From the NCBI RefSeq assembly GCF_006345805.1, contig NC_042998.1, positions 23,126,001 to 23,190,000 on the forward strand: 64,000 bases of DNA. The letters are read 5' to 3'. The notes beneath the pieces were generated by a model that did not search any database, was not told where the DNA came from, and saw only the letters and a list, made by a program, of their open reading frames with translations. The DNA is from Octopus sinensis. Taxonomy: Eukaryota. Numbering within the stretch: the first letter of the stretch is position 1; each line of letters begins with the position of its first letter. Below are positions 9,701-18,779 of this stretch, piece after piece. The translations under genes and the position numbers were made by a program.

Positions 9701-11982
9701 GAATTCATTTGCTGAATCCACTGGCAGTATATTTGCCAGTCTTTGTCTTCAGCTGGATCGGCTGCTTCGTAATTTTTACCATGTTTGCTATAATCTTGAG
9801 GATAAACTGGCAAATCATTTAGTTTTACATTTTCTTGGTAAAGCAAGTTTAAACAAGCTTCTCCTTGAATAAAGTTGATCTCTGCTAAAACACGAACATG
9901 TTCCCGGTCACTGAGGGACAATTTATCACCCGTACCTTTTTTCTTTTTGGAATATAAAATTTCGTCAATATTCTCATCGGATTTCAATGCACTGTCAACA
10001 GAACTGCATTCTGTAGCAGTAACACTAACATCTTTGTATGCTGATAGCCATCTATTGTCATCATAAAGAAGACAAAACATAGCTGCTGTACGGCATACAT
10101 CCCAAGCTCCATGCTTCCGAGCAACCTTTGATAAATCTGCCCAAAGATGCATCCGAATATAATCACATCTGTCTCCAATTCTAAGTAAATGACCATCAAT
10201 TTTTTTAATATTAGCATCATACCTTTGAACACGTTCAACAAGCTGATCTGTCGTATTTGGCGAAAGCTTGACCTTTTCATAAAACAAACTTTCACTATCA
10301 AGAACTGTTTGGAATGCATCTGGTGACAATGTGATTCCTGCTTTTATAAGAAGGGCCCTCATACCTTCCTTTGTTCCAAGTGATTTTACCTCTCGAGCCT
10401 GTTCAATGATCTTTCCAGCAATATCCTCTGGATTGTCAGGGTTGAAATACATCTCTGATAGTAATGTCAAGCGGTTCAATTTCAAACTCAGTTGATTGTG
10501 ATACACTTTTGAACCATCCAAAGCAATAGCTTTTTTTAAGTGGCTTATGGCAATTTTTATATGCTCCTTTTCCTCACACAAAGCTAATTCCCGATGAACC
10601 TGGCACCGAAGTTGAATAAATAGACTCTGAATGTCTTCAAGTGCCTGTGCAACCAATGTTAATGGTTTACATAAATGAGAACGTAAATTTGACTGCAATA
10701 ATGGAAGAGAAAGATTCCACAGAGTGACACATCCACACTGAACAGAATGAGCATCATGCTGTTGCTTAGCTATGATAATGTTTTCTTCACAAAGTTTTAT
10801 TGCTTTTAATCGAATTTTAACTGATTTCCTGCTATAGGATTCTTGGTGGGCACCAAGTAATTTTACCATTATTTCACTTTCTGCAAACTTAAACTGAGTG
10901 TAAAACTCTTTCTTATAATTGGAAGATTTCATAGCTGCTTGAATACACTTTTGTGCAAATGGTACTAAATTATGCTTTAGACACAGACGTGTCAACTCAA
11001 GTAATAAGTATTGTCGTTCTAAATTGTCTTCTGAAAGAGGTCGAGGTCTATGTACCGTCAGTTCCCTAGGAGACTTTTTCTTGCCTTCACGAGGAGACGC
11101 ATTAGCGTGAACTGACTCTTCAACATACCCAAAGTTATCAGTACTTAGAGTTGCTATGTTAAGCTGCACCATTACTTTATATATTTCTCTGCCGATTTCT
11201 TTAGTTTCAGAAGTGTAATTCAACTTCATTATAGAGTAAAAAGCATGCAGCTCAGGCGAATTTTTAATTTGTCCTTGGCTCATAACGGAATCAACCAGTT
11301 GATAACGAACAATAAGTTCAAATAGTTTTTTAAAGAAAGTTATAGCATATTTTTTAACAAAACCAATTGCTGTTTTAGCAATTTCAATAGCTTCAGATTT
11401 CTTGCCAGTTTTTAAATACATTTCAATAAGCGTTACGGACAATATTGCTTTCCAGTTATAGTTAATGTCGGGCAGATCATTAAGAGCTTTGACAATAACA
11501 TATAAAGTGTTTACGACGTAATTATAGAAACCGGGACGCAAAAATGGATGGCATAACCTCCAATAAAGTATTGAAGCGTTATAGATTTCACTGTGCAAAG
11601 CGGGGTTCTTAACGGCTAAGTTGATTGCTCTCGTGATATGTTGCCCCGCTTTTTCTAAATGTGTAGTATCAAAAATATTCGTAGGTGCCGATAACTGCGC
11701 CATATATAAATATGCCACACATCTATTAGTGTCAGTTGCAACTGCTCTCGTAAAAAAGAGATTGAGGCATTCCTCTGCAATATCATAAGCAGCACACCTA
11801 ATAGCCAAATCGGAGCATTGTATTAAAATGTCGGTTGGTGTTGCATGTGGAAGATCTGTTGTAAACTGTAAGTGATCCATTTGCAAAATCATATCAAAGG
11901 CTTTCCGAATGTATTTTTGACATTCTTCTACGTCGTTACAATTCGCTACATAATCCATCAAATATTTTACTTCTATATCCAT
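3730..11982 (-). CDS. CFAP46: Cilia- and flagella-associated protein 46 (TTC40), single coding exon, 2750 aa
   Basis: Uninterrupted ORF. Motifs recognised from vertebrate CFAP46: YNASILYWRLCHPFLRPG, CVTLWNLSLPLLQSNLRSHLCKPL, LRCQVHRELA, LLIKAGITLSPDAFQTVLDSE, LWADLSKVARKHGAWDVCRTAAMFCLLYD. Length is close to the ~2700-aa vertebrate protein. No SINEs or microsatellites within 8.2 kb. Confidence 0.95.
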   Translation of the reverse strand: MDIEVKYLMDYVANCNDVEECQKYIRKAFDMILQMDHLQFTTDLPHATPTDILIQCSDLAIRCAAYDIAEECLNLFFTRAVATDTNRCVAYLYMAQLSAPTNIFDTTHLEKAGQHITRAINLAVKNPALHSEIYNASILYWRLCHPFLRPGFYNYVVNTLYVIVKALNDLPDINYNWKAILSVTLIEMYLKTGKKSEAIEIAKTAIGFVKKYAITFFKKLFELIVRYQLVDSVMSQGQIKNSPELHAFYSIMKLNYTSETKEIGREIYKVMVQLNIATLSTDNFGYVEESVHANASPREGKKKSPRELTVHRPRPLSEDNLERQYLLLELTRLCLKHNLVPFAQKCIQAAMKSSNYKKEFYTQFKFAESEIMVKLLGAHQESYSRKSVKIRLKAIKLCEENIIIAKQQHDAHSVQCGCVTLWNLSLPLLQSNLRSHLCKPLTLVAQALEDIQSLFIQLRCQVHRELALCEEKEHIKIAISHLKKAIALDGSKVYHNQLSLKLNRLTLLSEMYFNPDNPEDIAGKIIEQAREVKSLGTKEGMRALLIKAGITLSPDAFQTVLDSESLFYEKVKLSPNTTDQLVERVQRYDANIKKIDGHLLRIGDRCDYIRMHLWADLSKVARKHGAWDVCRTAAMFCLLYDDNRWLSAYKDVSVTATECSSVDSALKSDENIDEILYSKKKKGTGDKLSLSDREHVRVLAEINFIQGEACLNLLYQENVKLNDLPVYPQDYSKHGKNYEAADPAEDKDWQIYCQWIQQMNSKISSSFLRGLILGYNLNDSHIVGNAATYLWNYNLHIIEQNRQSEIVGCFSTILEGMQKVDYSEFIILLINICINLATGLMMPWMPSIPDINNESPTRLYASPEKSVSKNQSKPPLVLIPPQALPDLKRAIEVCEYAIDITNKKKQISSIPLPMKASLLKTWVIAKQMSQQQINRNSIKDDDPEKQLSQIIVDIEMYTHTKNGVLEFKDLLPLPNLVATVLKHLWRDNLLKLQLCTQLAEILYNYKNYELVIKVAKAVTDSYLTEISVACAKEKTGSGINNGYMEEKVSYLFLLMGQSMTENMEGQTDRWETINNFIKAAEFSIPSHNYQILMKAARNYWNTILPLINISSERKSLKASLQEILSYISKVTNKITELNSIEKTNSYVPDVNRITLYGYIGRNWENDPVLINADDDDQKLQVSLYIVLCESYEDSNDWKTVIKILNTAIADLPHSFHKIQLFRRRIMVKAKLGENMLMDLQRFRDEKEDFVAVMWRDIALHSNKLSEQCIAYQKAIESLSSEEYNWQKFHYLLEFSEWLYTYQMPEQIVVDQIEWAIDILMCMTPEIDGEKPGDKTPRVSALQLDTIPQDTILQDTENLPNSNINENVVQMDFQFYVPQEKEIIIGVPLQDCTAVTGRMNNVKQLNYLIKSYVLLCAIYTPASPFYEKYSLLAYSFTIRLWQVCMAAALSFYFEIPKNNTLTNKDSGVSNKSDFQSKQKGKDKKEKNENCISPTKEKNKKKFLSTNVSTLTPEEWAVFEVPCDLEEIFTHQSLETTGINEKSFPDPMISLYYFDKLVTNLQNIGFHHLTLPVLALNHTIASFVAHSKSFVLYTHCKRMEICAELNLPQCSSFHENVINQVSGIAPNELIEIREKFYEYVQERNNYCIKPNISSEAEKEKLLHKCHLGHYFQDTFVYQIWTKTAEALIEQTHYQLARKYLIEAYKFAVGFKDIFYQGKLCFLKAKLAFVEAQYKDAFDLCMKAEEIMVGDMEYWYEIVMLKTDAALQTFPKNGYEFVEEFLQRIIKEFEKLSLTRPNQALSYHYTIALIQAKLGEVQIKYYMSRYNDLPSASLQEVFQSPLNYFDISTEFLLKHKFTKAAVKVMHNHAKLLHEIALSTTNNTNSMQSYYLHSVKVFNQAIEHARAIFNDIMMILPKDFNLSLPIHRELSNLQRSCAEVMVEIQTIQTNHEIEKIQKHQYDIERIKLEEEFINKSPEYLETEKEWTTSKQWIANEILSQATSAHSLARTILWIKSRSLLIIGKCLLNLSFLKQANPSLLWSLFDIVPDKETPDTENTESDESKEGKNPFFNHLNQIPNLSKKIKEIKWKEDISFCYFAQAAECLAQALNTAFQLKQTNIIMQASYELLKSIGQFDVIAASHFLALYQSCQASCHLKKLLGISQPNPYSCRLAALLHQRRHMLNNYAEKNFICTDTYSSVTNSLETEWQAWKSTMILTNHFDIAKEFPSNFNFIVLQHSPDKNFIFYSLLEKYKSIKSAAAPKQPTVSTTQSLLKRSSLAKFRVNPDKLHQLLNMLKLYKKDVRRALLKKEFQIKNQSDYKNMLDTLKFEPCDSAISESFVIENDEEWMQEKFEEIVALMEDYFAAVLQPLRTALQHTFAPTYSSTAFKESSENGCIIILADSDLLELPLESLSVFREFENIISVSRDISLQLFYHRFHQEEVVEETKDKKKKDKKQQQQPPPLPTRIPVNKETGKKRKRELVDHVMPPWGQSIITDSFKYMVDVNYEFNEPEEYDLCKIFKSLLAEYEQSYTSQWIGLSGDIRNASSGEWETYLNESGSFIFLAPYKITSYLNPVKIPAFNISKCLLVCQFDLSENYSSFRRLSLHDASKSDDVLSLENPVSVALLLSLAGVHCIMGNQWSCQLNQNIKHMKTAMKCLLSDGYSTGETLRHIQVPFLKMEEKRSTENYVNKDKISGKKNTVADKKKDAKLAATASSTSVSPIKSLSQLDDKEVRPNWFNMVCYGLPNLFVTQT

Positions 11983-12207
11983 TTTGATTGTTTCTAAATT
12001 TCATATGACATTGAATTAATAGTAAAAATAAAAACAAAATAAAATTAAATTAATCACCTACTTTTGCTAAACTTTAAATGAAATGAAAAAAAAAATATAT
12101 CAGCTTTCCAACAACTTCATACTCAGACACAAATAATTTTAAGTTTCGATAATCTGACTTGTTGAGCGTCGAATACTTTGTTTACATGTAAGGGCAGCTA
12201 ACTCTCT

Positions 12208-12220
12208 GTTGCTATGTAAC
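12208..12220 (-). promoter_or_regulatory. RFX X-box in the CFAP46 promoter
   Basis: Minus strand GTTACA-T-AGCAAC matches the RFX pattern GTNRCN-(N0-3)-RGYAAC, about 230 bp upstream of the ATG of a motile-cilium gene. Confidence 0.7.
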
Positions 12221-12234
12221 GAAGGCGTTTGAAG

Positions 12235-12242
12235 TGACGTCC
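12235..12242. promoter_or_regulatory. CRE/ATF-like site next to the X-box
   Basis: TGACGTCC, a 7/8 match to TGACGTCA, 14 bp from the X-box. Confidence 0.4.
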
Positions 12243-12614
12243 CCTGAGTAAAGCCGATGTGAAAATAAAAACTATGAAATAAAATCTGGAATTCATTCAT
12301 AGTGTCGCGAAAAGTATAAAATAAACATCTAAATCTCCTTATTGACCAAACTTTATAAGATGACGATGAATGTAAATAAATGGAAAGATAATGATATAAT
12401 CAGAACAGGTAAAATATGTGGCAATAACCTGATATATAAATCCATTTGAAGTATTCTATTTAAATTCAAATCGTAAAGAACCAGAAGAAATTATGGTTTC
12501 AAATTTTAGTACAAGGCCAGCAATTTCGAGGACAGAATAAGTCGATTACATCTACCTCAGTGTTCAACCGGTATTTATTTTATCGATCCCGAAAGGATGA
12601 AAGGTAAAATCGAC

Positions 12615-13269
12615 TTCGGCGATTTCCGTGACCACATGTTGTCTTGTCACTTGTCAGTTGGGAAGAGAAAGCTAATGGGTGGTGCGTGCGTACTTGTTGC
12701 TCTCTCTGTGTGTGTGCTTGTTCTTCTGTATATGTGTGTGTCTGGTCTGTTTTGTTTTTTTTTGTATTTATATGTTGTGGAATGTAGAAATAACACACAG
12801 AGGAACAAACATGCAGGCGATCTTTCGTCTTTAGTAGACCTTTCCGTCGATTTCCGTAAAAAAATTTTTTTTTTACATATGGGCTTGCGGGAACTTTTGA
12901 AGTAATGAGAGCGAAAGAGACTAAGAGAAAGCGATTGCATGACGAGGGAAGTTCTTTTGAAGTTACCGTGCATGGGAGCATTGATGTACATGTGTGTGTG
13001 TGTTTGATGGGATGTGGGAGACAGACAGTATGTTGTGTAAGTGAAGTGCTTCTGTTAGTGTGTGTGAAGAGACAGAGGTAACTTCAAAAGAACTTCCCTC
13101 GTCATACAATCGCTTTCTCTTAGTCTCTTTCGCTCTCATTACTTCAAAAGTTCCCGCAAGCCCATATGTAAAAAAAAAAAATCTTTTACGGAAATCGACG
13201 GAAAGGTCTACTAGAGACGAAAGATTGCCAACAAGCACACACAAACACACACGCGCACAAACAAGAACA

Positions 13270-13310
<41 letters not shown>

Positions 13311-13396
13311 GAACAAGCACGCACGCACAACCCCATTAGCTTTCTCTTCCCAGCTGACAATCGACAAGACAACATGTGGTCACGGAAATCACCGAA
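12615..13396. mobile_element. Foldback/long-TIR element; arms 12615-12967 and 13077-13396, spacer about 110 bp
   Basis: Arms are reverse complements over more than 300 bp (atttccgtgaccacatgttgtcttgtc...gggaagagaaagctaatggg and tagtagacctttccgtcgatttccgtaaaa...gggcttgcgggaacttttgaagtaatgagagcgaaagagactaagagaaagcgattg). The left end truncates a SINE at about 12620. Confidence 0.8.
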
Positions 13397-13671
13397 TTCA
13401 ATGTTTACATTATTTCGAGTCAAAACGGAAGATCGCCTGCTCAGCATGCCCCAGCTTCTGCCCGCTCGCCGCCCTAGAAGTAGAAGAAATATTGCCGCAG
13501 TGCTTTCTCTGCTGTTCCATCCATTCCATATCTCCGCTGCTCTAAGTAGCTTTCTAATAAAATACTAAACGTTTAATAGGGATTTATTACCTGGTAGAAC
13601 TGGCGACGTCATTTAATTAGTTGCCCACCACATCACTTTTCTCACTCACATACGAAGGACAGAGATCCTTA

Positions 13672-13957
13672 AGGGGTACTACTTAAGGGAGAACAGTGAT
13701 CCCGGTGCGCGCACTCGCGCATCCGCACCAGCTAGTCATGACTAGTCGATCTTTACTTTGTGTTTTTGTGTGTTATTTACTTTGTATTTTTGTGTTTTAT
13801 TTACTTTGTTTAACAAAAATTATTTACTCTGTAAAAAAATTATTTATTTTGTGTTTTATTTACTTTGCTAGGTAGTCGTAGGATCGACTACTTACGACTA
13901 GCTAGCGCGGATGCGCGACTGCGCGTACCGGGACCACTGTTCGCTAGTAGTATCCCT
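13672..13957. mobile_element. MITE with GC-rich inverted termini and an internal AT-rich tandem repeat
   Basis: Outer aggg(g/a)tactact/agtagtatccct. Inner 47-bp arms 13691-13737 and 13896-13942 (about 5 mismatches). Core of ~20-bp tttactttg.. repeats. TA on both flanks. Confidence 0.7.
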
Positions 13958-14086
13958 TATGGCTTTAAATGTTTTATTCCCTGCGACAGGTGAGATGTGC
14001 TAAAGATAACAACTAAATAGGCCTTAAATCACGCACTGAAAATGTTTTCGTTTTGGTTTTTGCATAATTGTATGAAATTCCGTGTG

Positions 14087-14487
14087 TACTCTTTTACTTG
14101 TTTCAGTCATTTGACTGTGGCCATGCTGGAGCACCACCTTTAGTCGAGCAAATCGACCCTAGGACTTATTCTTTGTAAGCCTAGTACTTATTCTATCGGT
14201 CTCTTTTGCCGAACCGCTAAGTTACGGGGGCGTAAACACACCAGCATCGGTTGTCAAGCGATGTTGGGAGGACAAACACAGACACACAAGCACATACACA
14301 CACATACATATATATATATATATATGACGGGCTTCTTTCAGTTTCCATCTACCAATTCCACTCACAAGGCTTTGGTCGGCCCGAGGCTATAGTAGAAGAC
14401 ACTTGCCCAAGGTGCCACGCTGTGGGTCTGAACCCGGAACCATGTGGTTGGTAAACAAGCTACTTACCACACAGCCACTCCTACGCC
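14087..14487 (-). mobile_element. tRNA-derived SINE, family 'B' (CORE-like ccttgggcaagt segment, internal TA/TG microsatellite, gtaaaaga tail)
   Basis: Full-length match to copies at 51802 and 61983. Head ggcgtaggagtggctgtgtggtaag...ggttccgggttcag contains Pol III A/B-box-like motifs. Confidence 0.85.
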
Positions 14488-15221
14488 TACGTGTAGAATA
14501 CAAACGTGCAAAAATTTTCTTAAAATTCCCAAAAATTTTTTAAAGCAGAATTCCACCAGTACTTCATTTGTTTACAGTTAGGGTTTAGGGTTTATAGTTG
14601 ACAACACATACAGTCACGCACAAAATGACAGTTTCCAAATCTTGTTTCCTGATTGGTTAAAAATTATCAAATTCTAAACCTCTGTAACTTTTCAAAAATA
14701 TTTTTTCTGGAAAAAGTTAAGGATCTTTTCGCTTTGACCGGCAGATTTTAAAATAATTTCTTTGTAACTAAAAACTTTTAAACTTCGTATACTGGTAGAA
14801 TGTGTTTATAAAACATCTTTTTCTCTTGGCTTTCTTGAGAAAATTCTGTAGTTTGTAAGCTATTTGTTCTTTAATTTCTTGCATTTCTGCAATTTCAACC
14901 AATCAATGACGTCTATTGAGGTGAATACAATATCTCCGGATCTTTGTCAACAACAATTATTTGGTCAAAAATTATATTGGATTTATATGTTGAAGACTAG
15001 CTTTAGTCTTTAGGAGAGTCTAGAGTTTGGAACATTTTTAAGCATAAGTCTATGGAATGCTTGTAAAGGTTCAAGTTAGCAGTGTGTCTATATCGGAATG
15101 TTGATGTGTTTGACTGTGTGTTATGAAGGGCAAAGGAGAAAGGTTTTAAGTTTAAATGTTGAGTTACATAGCTCTAGGATTGATGAAATGTTTGTTGAGT
15201 CTGTATATTTTTATGTGGTGT

Positions 15222-15700
15222 GAAAGAAAGAAAGTTGTAAATATAGTCGAGCTAACGGTTCCTCACGAAGATAATATGGACGCCGCTCGAGCTCGAAAAT
15301 TAAACCGTTATGAAAACCTCCTCGAGGAATGTGAAGACGCAGGCTGGAAAGCGGAACATTTTCCTATCGAAGTCGGATGTAGAGGGTTTGTAGGACACAG
15401 CGTGAGACGACTGTTGTTATCGTTAGGCCTAACTCATCGTAAAGTCAATACCACCATGACTGATATCCAAACTACAGTGGAAAACGCTAGCCACTGGATT
15501 TGGTTAAAAGGAGACGATGAGCGATGGCTAGAAGTATATTGAGTTCTTCATAACCAGCTGATCTAGCAAGCGGGGCCTCATATCAGTGAGGGGGGCCGGT
15601 GCGCATTGATGCCGTCGAGAGGTAGGCCCCGAAACGGCACGCATTCTCTCCTGATGACCCCATACACTTGCTAGCTTCCGATATACGGAGTTTTTAACTG
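15222..15700 (+). mobile_element. 3' end of a restriction-like-endonuclease non-LTR retrotransposon (HERO/NeSL-like): ORF C-terminus plus 3' UTR
   Basis: Translation VELTVPHEDNMDAARARKLNRYENLLEECEDAGWKAEHFPIEVGCRGF...ASHWIWLK, stop at 15540-15542, matches the RLE C-terminal pattern (ELTVP.E...K..Y..L...GW....EVG.RGF...WIW.K); a GC-rich structured 3' UTR follows. Confidence 0.8.
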
Positions 15701-15829
15701 GTAGCACTTGCATGTGCAAGTTGTTTGCAAGATATGAGTCTGTATAGTGGTGGCTTGGTTTGCATGTGGGAGAGTAAAATTATATCGTGAAGAATGAAAA
15801 AAGAAAGTACAACACGAAGGATATTTTCA

Positions 15830-16790
15830 GCTGAACTGTAGGATTCAGTATTTCTTATCCAACATAGGTGGGTTTTTCTAATTTAAAAGGATGAATTTAT
15901 CTACGTTGAAACGCTTGGTGAAAATCTCATTTGTGAAACATAAAGATCTTCCAGATCTCTGATTTATTCTGGATGTGTTTTCTCCAATGCACAAAATCAG
16001 CATTTTCTCTATGCATTTATGTCTGGCTTTGATCTTTTGAGCACCCTCCATTTACTAGTCAAATTTCTGGTCTCTCATTTTCCAGATGTGGTTGGTTAGC
16101 AACATGGAATTCCTTTTGTTAATGCCATCTCACACTTGCTTATGTATTTTTTTTTTATTATTGACTGGTTTGACTACTGACTTCATATTGCACACCTGAT
16201 CCAACAGGTGTCTGTATCTATGTATGAGAAAAAGGACTACATCTTTCTGGGTCTATTCCTGGATTCTGATTGAGTACTGTGCATTTTTTATGAGATATTT
16301 TCCTTGAAGCCACAATCTGCCAGAGTTCTATTTTACAAAGGGCTGCCTTATCGAAGTTAACCTTAGAAGTGCAGAGATTAGAGATTCTCATACTAATACT
16401 ACATATAAGGTTTTAAACACAAAGGGTGAAGTGGTAGATATGCTTATTTATGCATCTAAATTATTAGGCTTTCTGTATTGTATTGGAATCTCACTCCATG
16501 GATGGCCTTTGTTCTTAAAACCAACTTTGAGATGTTTTTCTGAAGTATCAAGAATGAGGGTATTTCAATAATGTAATATGGTTAATCCATCATCCTGGTA
16601 TAATCTAATATTGTGACTTTGGAATTTGGATTCCAGTAAGTCTTACAGGCCAAATACATCCCACATGTTAATGCAATGTGATCTAGATATACTGGCTGTG
16701 AGATTAAAGATGCATTGGGAAGGTCATAACAAGTGGTTACATGAAAGGAAGTTCTGACAGACTTTAAGAGGTATGTCTGTAAATAGTCTT
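15830..16790 (-). mobile_element. Degenerate Penelope-like element (RT and GIY-YIG region remnants)
   Basis: Minus-strand motifs LYQDDG (16586-16603; cf. GLYRDDG), YRKPNN (16460-16477) and NHIWK (16079-16093), in the expected order, with stops and frameshifts. Confidence 0.7.
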
Positions 16791-18779
16791 CCAGTGAAGG
16801 TGAAATATTCTGGGTATCTTGCTTGATTTATCCTTCTGGTGGTGTAAAGCACTCTTGGTGGCGTCACGTAAAAGTGCCAGTGCAATGTCATGTAAAGGTA
16901 CTACATAAAAGCACTGGTGTGGTGCCTCATAAAAGCACCCACCACACTCTGTAAAGTGGTTGGCATTAGGAAGGGAATTCAGCTGTAGAAACCATACCAA
17001 ACCAGATTGGAGTCTGGTGCAACTCCCCAGCTTTGATCATACCATCCAACCCATGCCAGCATGGACAACAGATGATAAATGATGATGATGATGACTGGCG
17101 TTGTCATAAGAGAGAAACAGAGAAAGACAGAAAACACTACATGACCACATGTATTGCAGAGACATGTGGGAGATATGAGAAAAAGACCAAAGGTAGGAGT
17201 GAATGGCAAACTTTCAGCAATTATTAATACAAAATAATTGCTGCATGGTAGCAGCTACATGTGATTTGGTGATGTGGTTGTATAAGTAATAGGAGGGAAA
17301 ATGTGAACCACAATGTAGTGATTTTACACGACATTGCACAGGCATTTTCATGTGACGTCACATGGGTTCTTTTATATAAGAGTGCTTTACATCATCAGAA
17401 GATTAAATCAAGCTAGAACTTGGATGATCCCTGATAGTAGCAATGCTGGTTGGTACCAATGGAAGGAGCAATTCTGTAAGAATATGTCGAATGTGTGGTG
17501 GTATCTGGGTGATAGCTACGGAGGAAATATTTTGCACTGCAAGCTGTATGTAAAATATAGTATATGCACACATTCTTTTCTACTCTAGGCACAAGGCCCG
17601 AAATTTTGGAGGAGGGGGTCAGTCGATTAGATTGACCCCAGTGCGCAACTGGTACTTAATTTATCAACCCCGGAAGGATGAAAGGCAAAGACGACCTCAG
17701 CGGAATTTGAACGCAGAATGTAAGGACAGACGAAATACCTATTTCTTTACTACCCACAAGGGGCTAAACACAGAGAGGACAAACGACAGACAAATGGATT
17801 AAGTCGATTATATCGACCCCAGTGCATAACTGGTACTTATTTAATCGACCCTGAAAGGATGAAAGGCAAAGTCGACCTCAGCGGAATTTGAACTCAGAAC
17901 GTAACCGCAGACGAAATACCACTAAGCATTTCACCCAGCGTGCTAATGTTTCTACCAGCTCGCCGCTGCACACATTCATGCAAACATAGCTACACACACA
18001 AGCACACACACACACAAAATTACAGTTATTAGGTGCTTACAGTATTGATTCAACATAATACAATTTAAGGAAATATAATTTATTCATGCAACTAAACAAT
18101 GACAATTAAAAACACTGCACTGTGATAAAAAATAAGAGCATTCATTAGTTTTAATTTAAAACACTTCAGAATTTATATTACACTGCAATGCAGTCTGTAG
18201 AATTCTGTTAAGTTGTAAAATTTGAACCCCCAAAATTGATGACAGATATTTATATACACAAAACCAATGTGAAATTTTAATTTTAATTATCCTAATTACT
18301 TTAAAGCCATTTACACTGAGACATGAAAAAAATGTTCATGTACCATTTATGTTTTAAAATTTGAAGTATTTGTGAAAATATTTGGTAGGTCTGCAAATCT
18401 TTACATATAAAAAGAAATACGTGATCTTAACTAATTATCTAATAATGAAAAAAACTTTGAAAATTGAACTTGTAATTCTGTCATATGAAGCACATGAAAG
18501 ACTGAAATGAGATAATGCTAAATATTTCAAAAAATAATTCTTTTTTTGGAACAGTGGGGTTTGAAGCACATGAAGCTTTAAGCAATATTGTAAATATTGG
18601 CTTTAAATTTAAGCACAAGGCCAGCAATTTTGTGAAGAAGTACTCAATTGGCACTTATTTCCTCAACCTCAAAAGGCAAAGTTCACCTTGGTAGAATTTG
18701 AGCTCAGAACATAAAAACGCACAAAATGCTGTTAAGTATTTTGCCTGCCATGCTAATGATTCTGCCAGCTTGCTGCCTA

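Noticed and set aside
3730-11982. CFAP46 nested in an intron of the zinc-transporter gene
   Set aside because: The SLC39A13 coding sequence ends at 30830; CFAP46 is a separate downstream gene on the same strand.
12580-13568. Cluster of 100-160 aa ORFs on both strands
   Set aside because: They mirror each other because they come from the two arms of the inverted repeat and its microsatellites; no recognisable protein motifs.
14578-14592. Interstitial telomere (ttagggtttaggg)
   Set aside because: Only about two imperfect units, inside what looks like a dispersed repeat (about 14490-15000).
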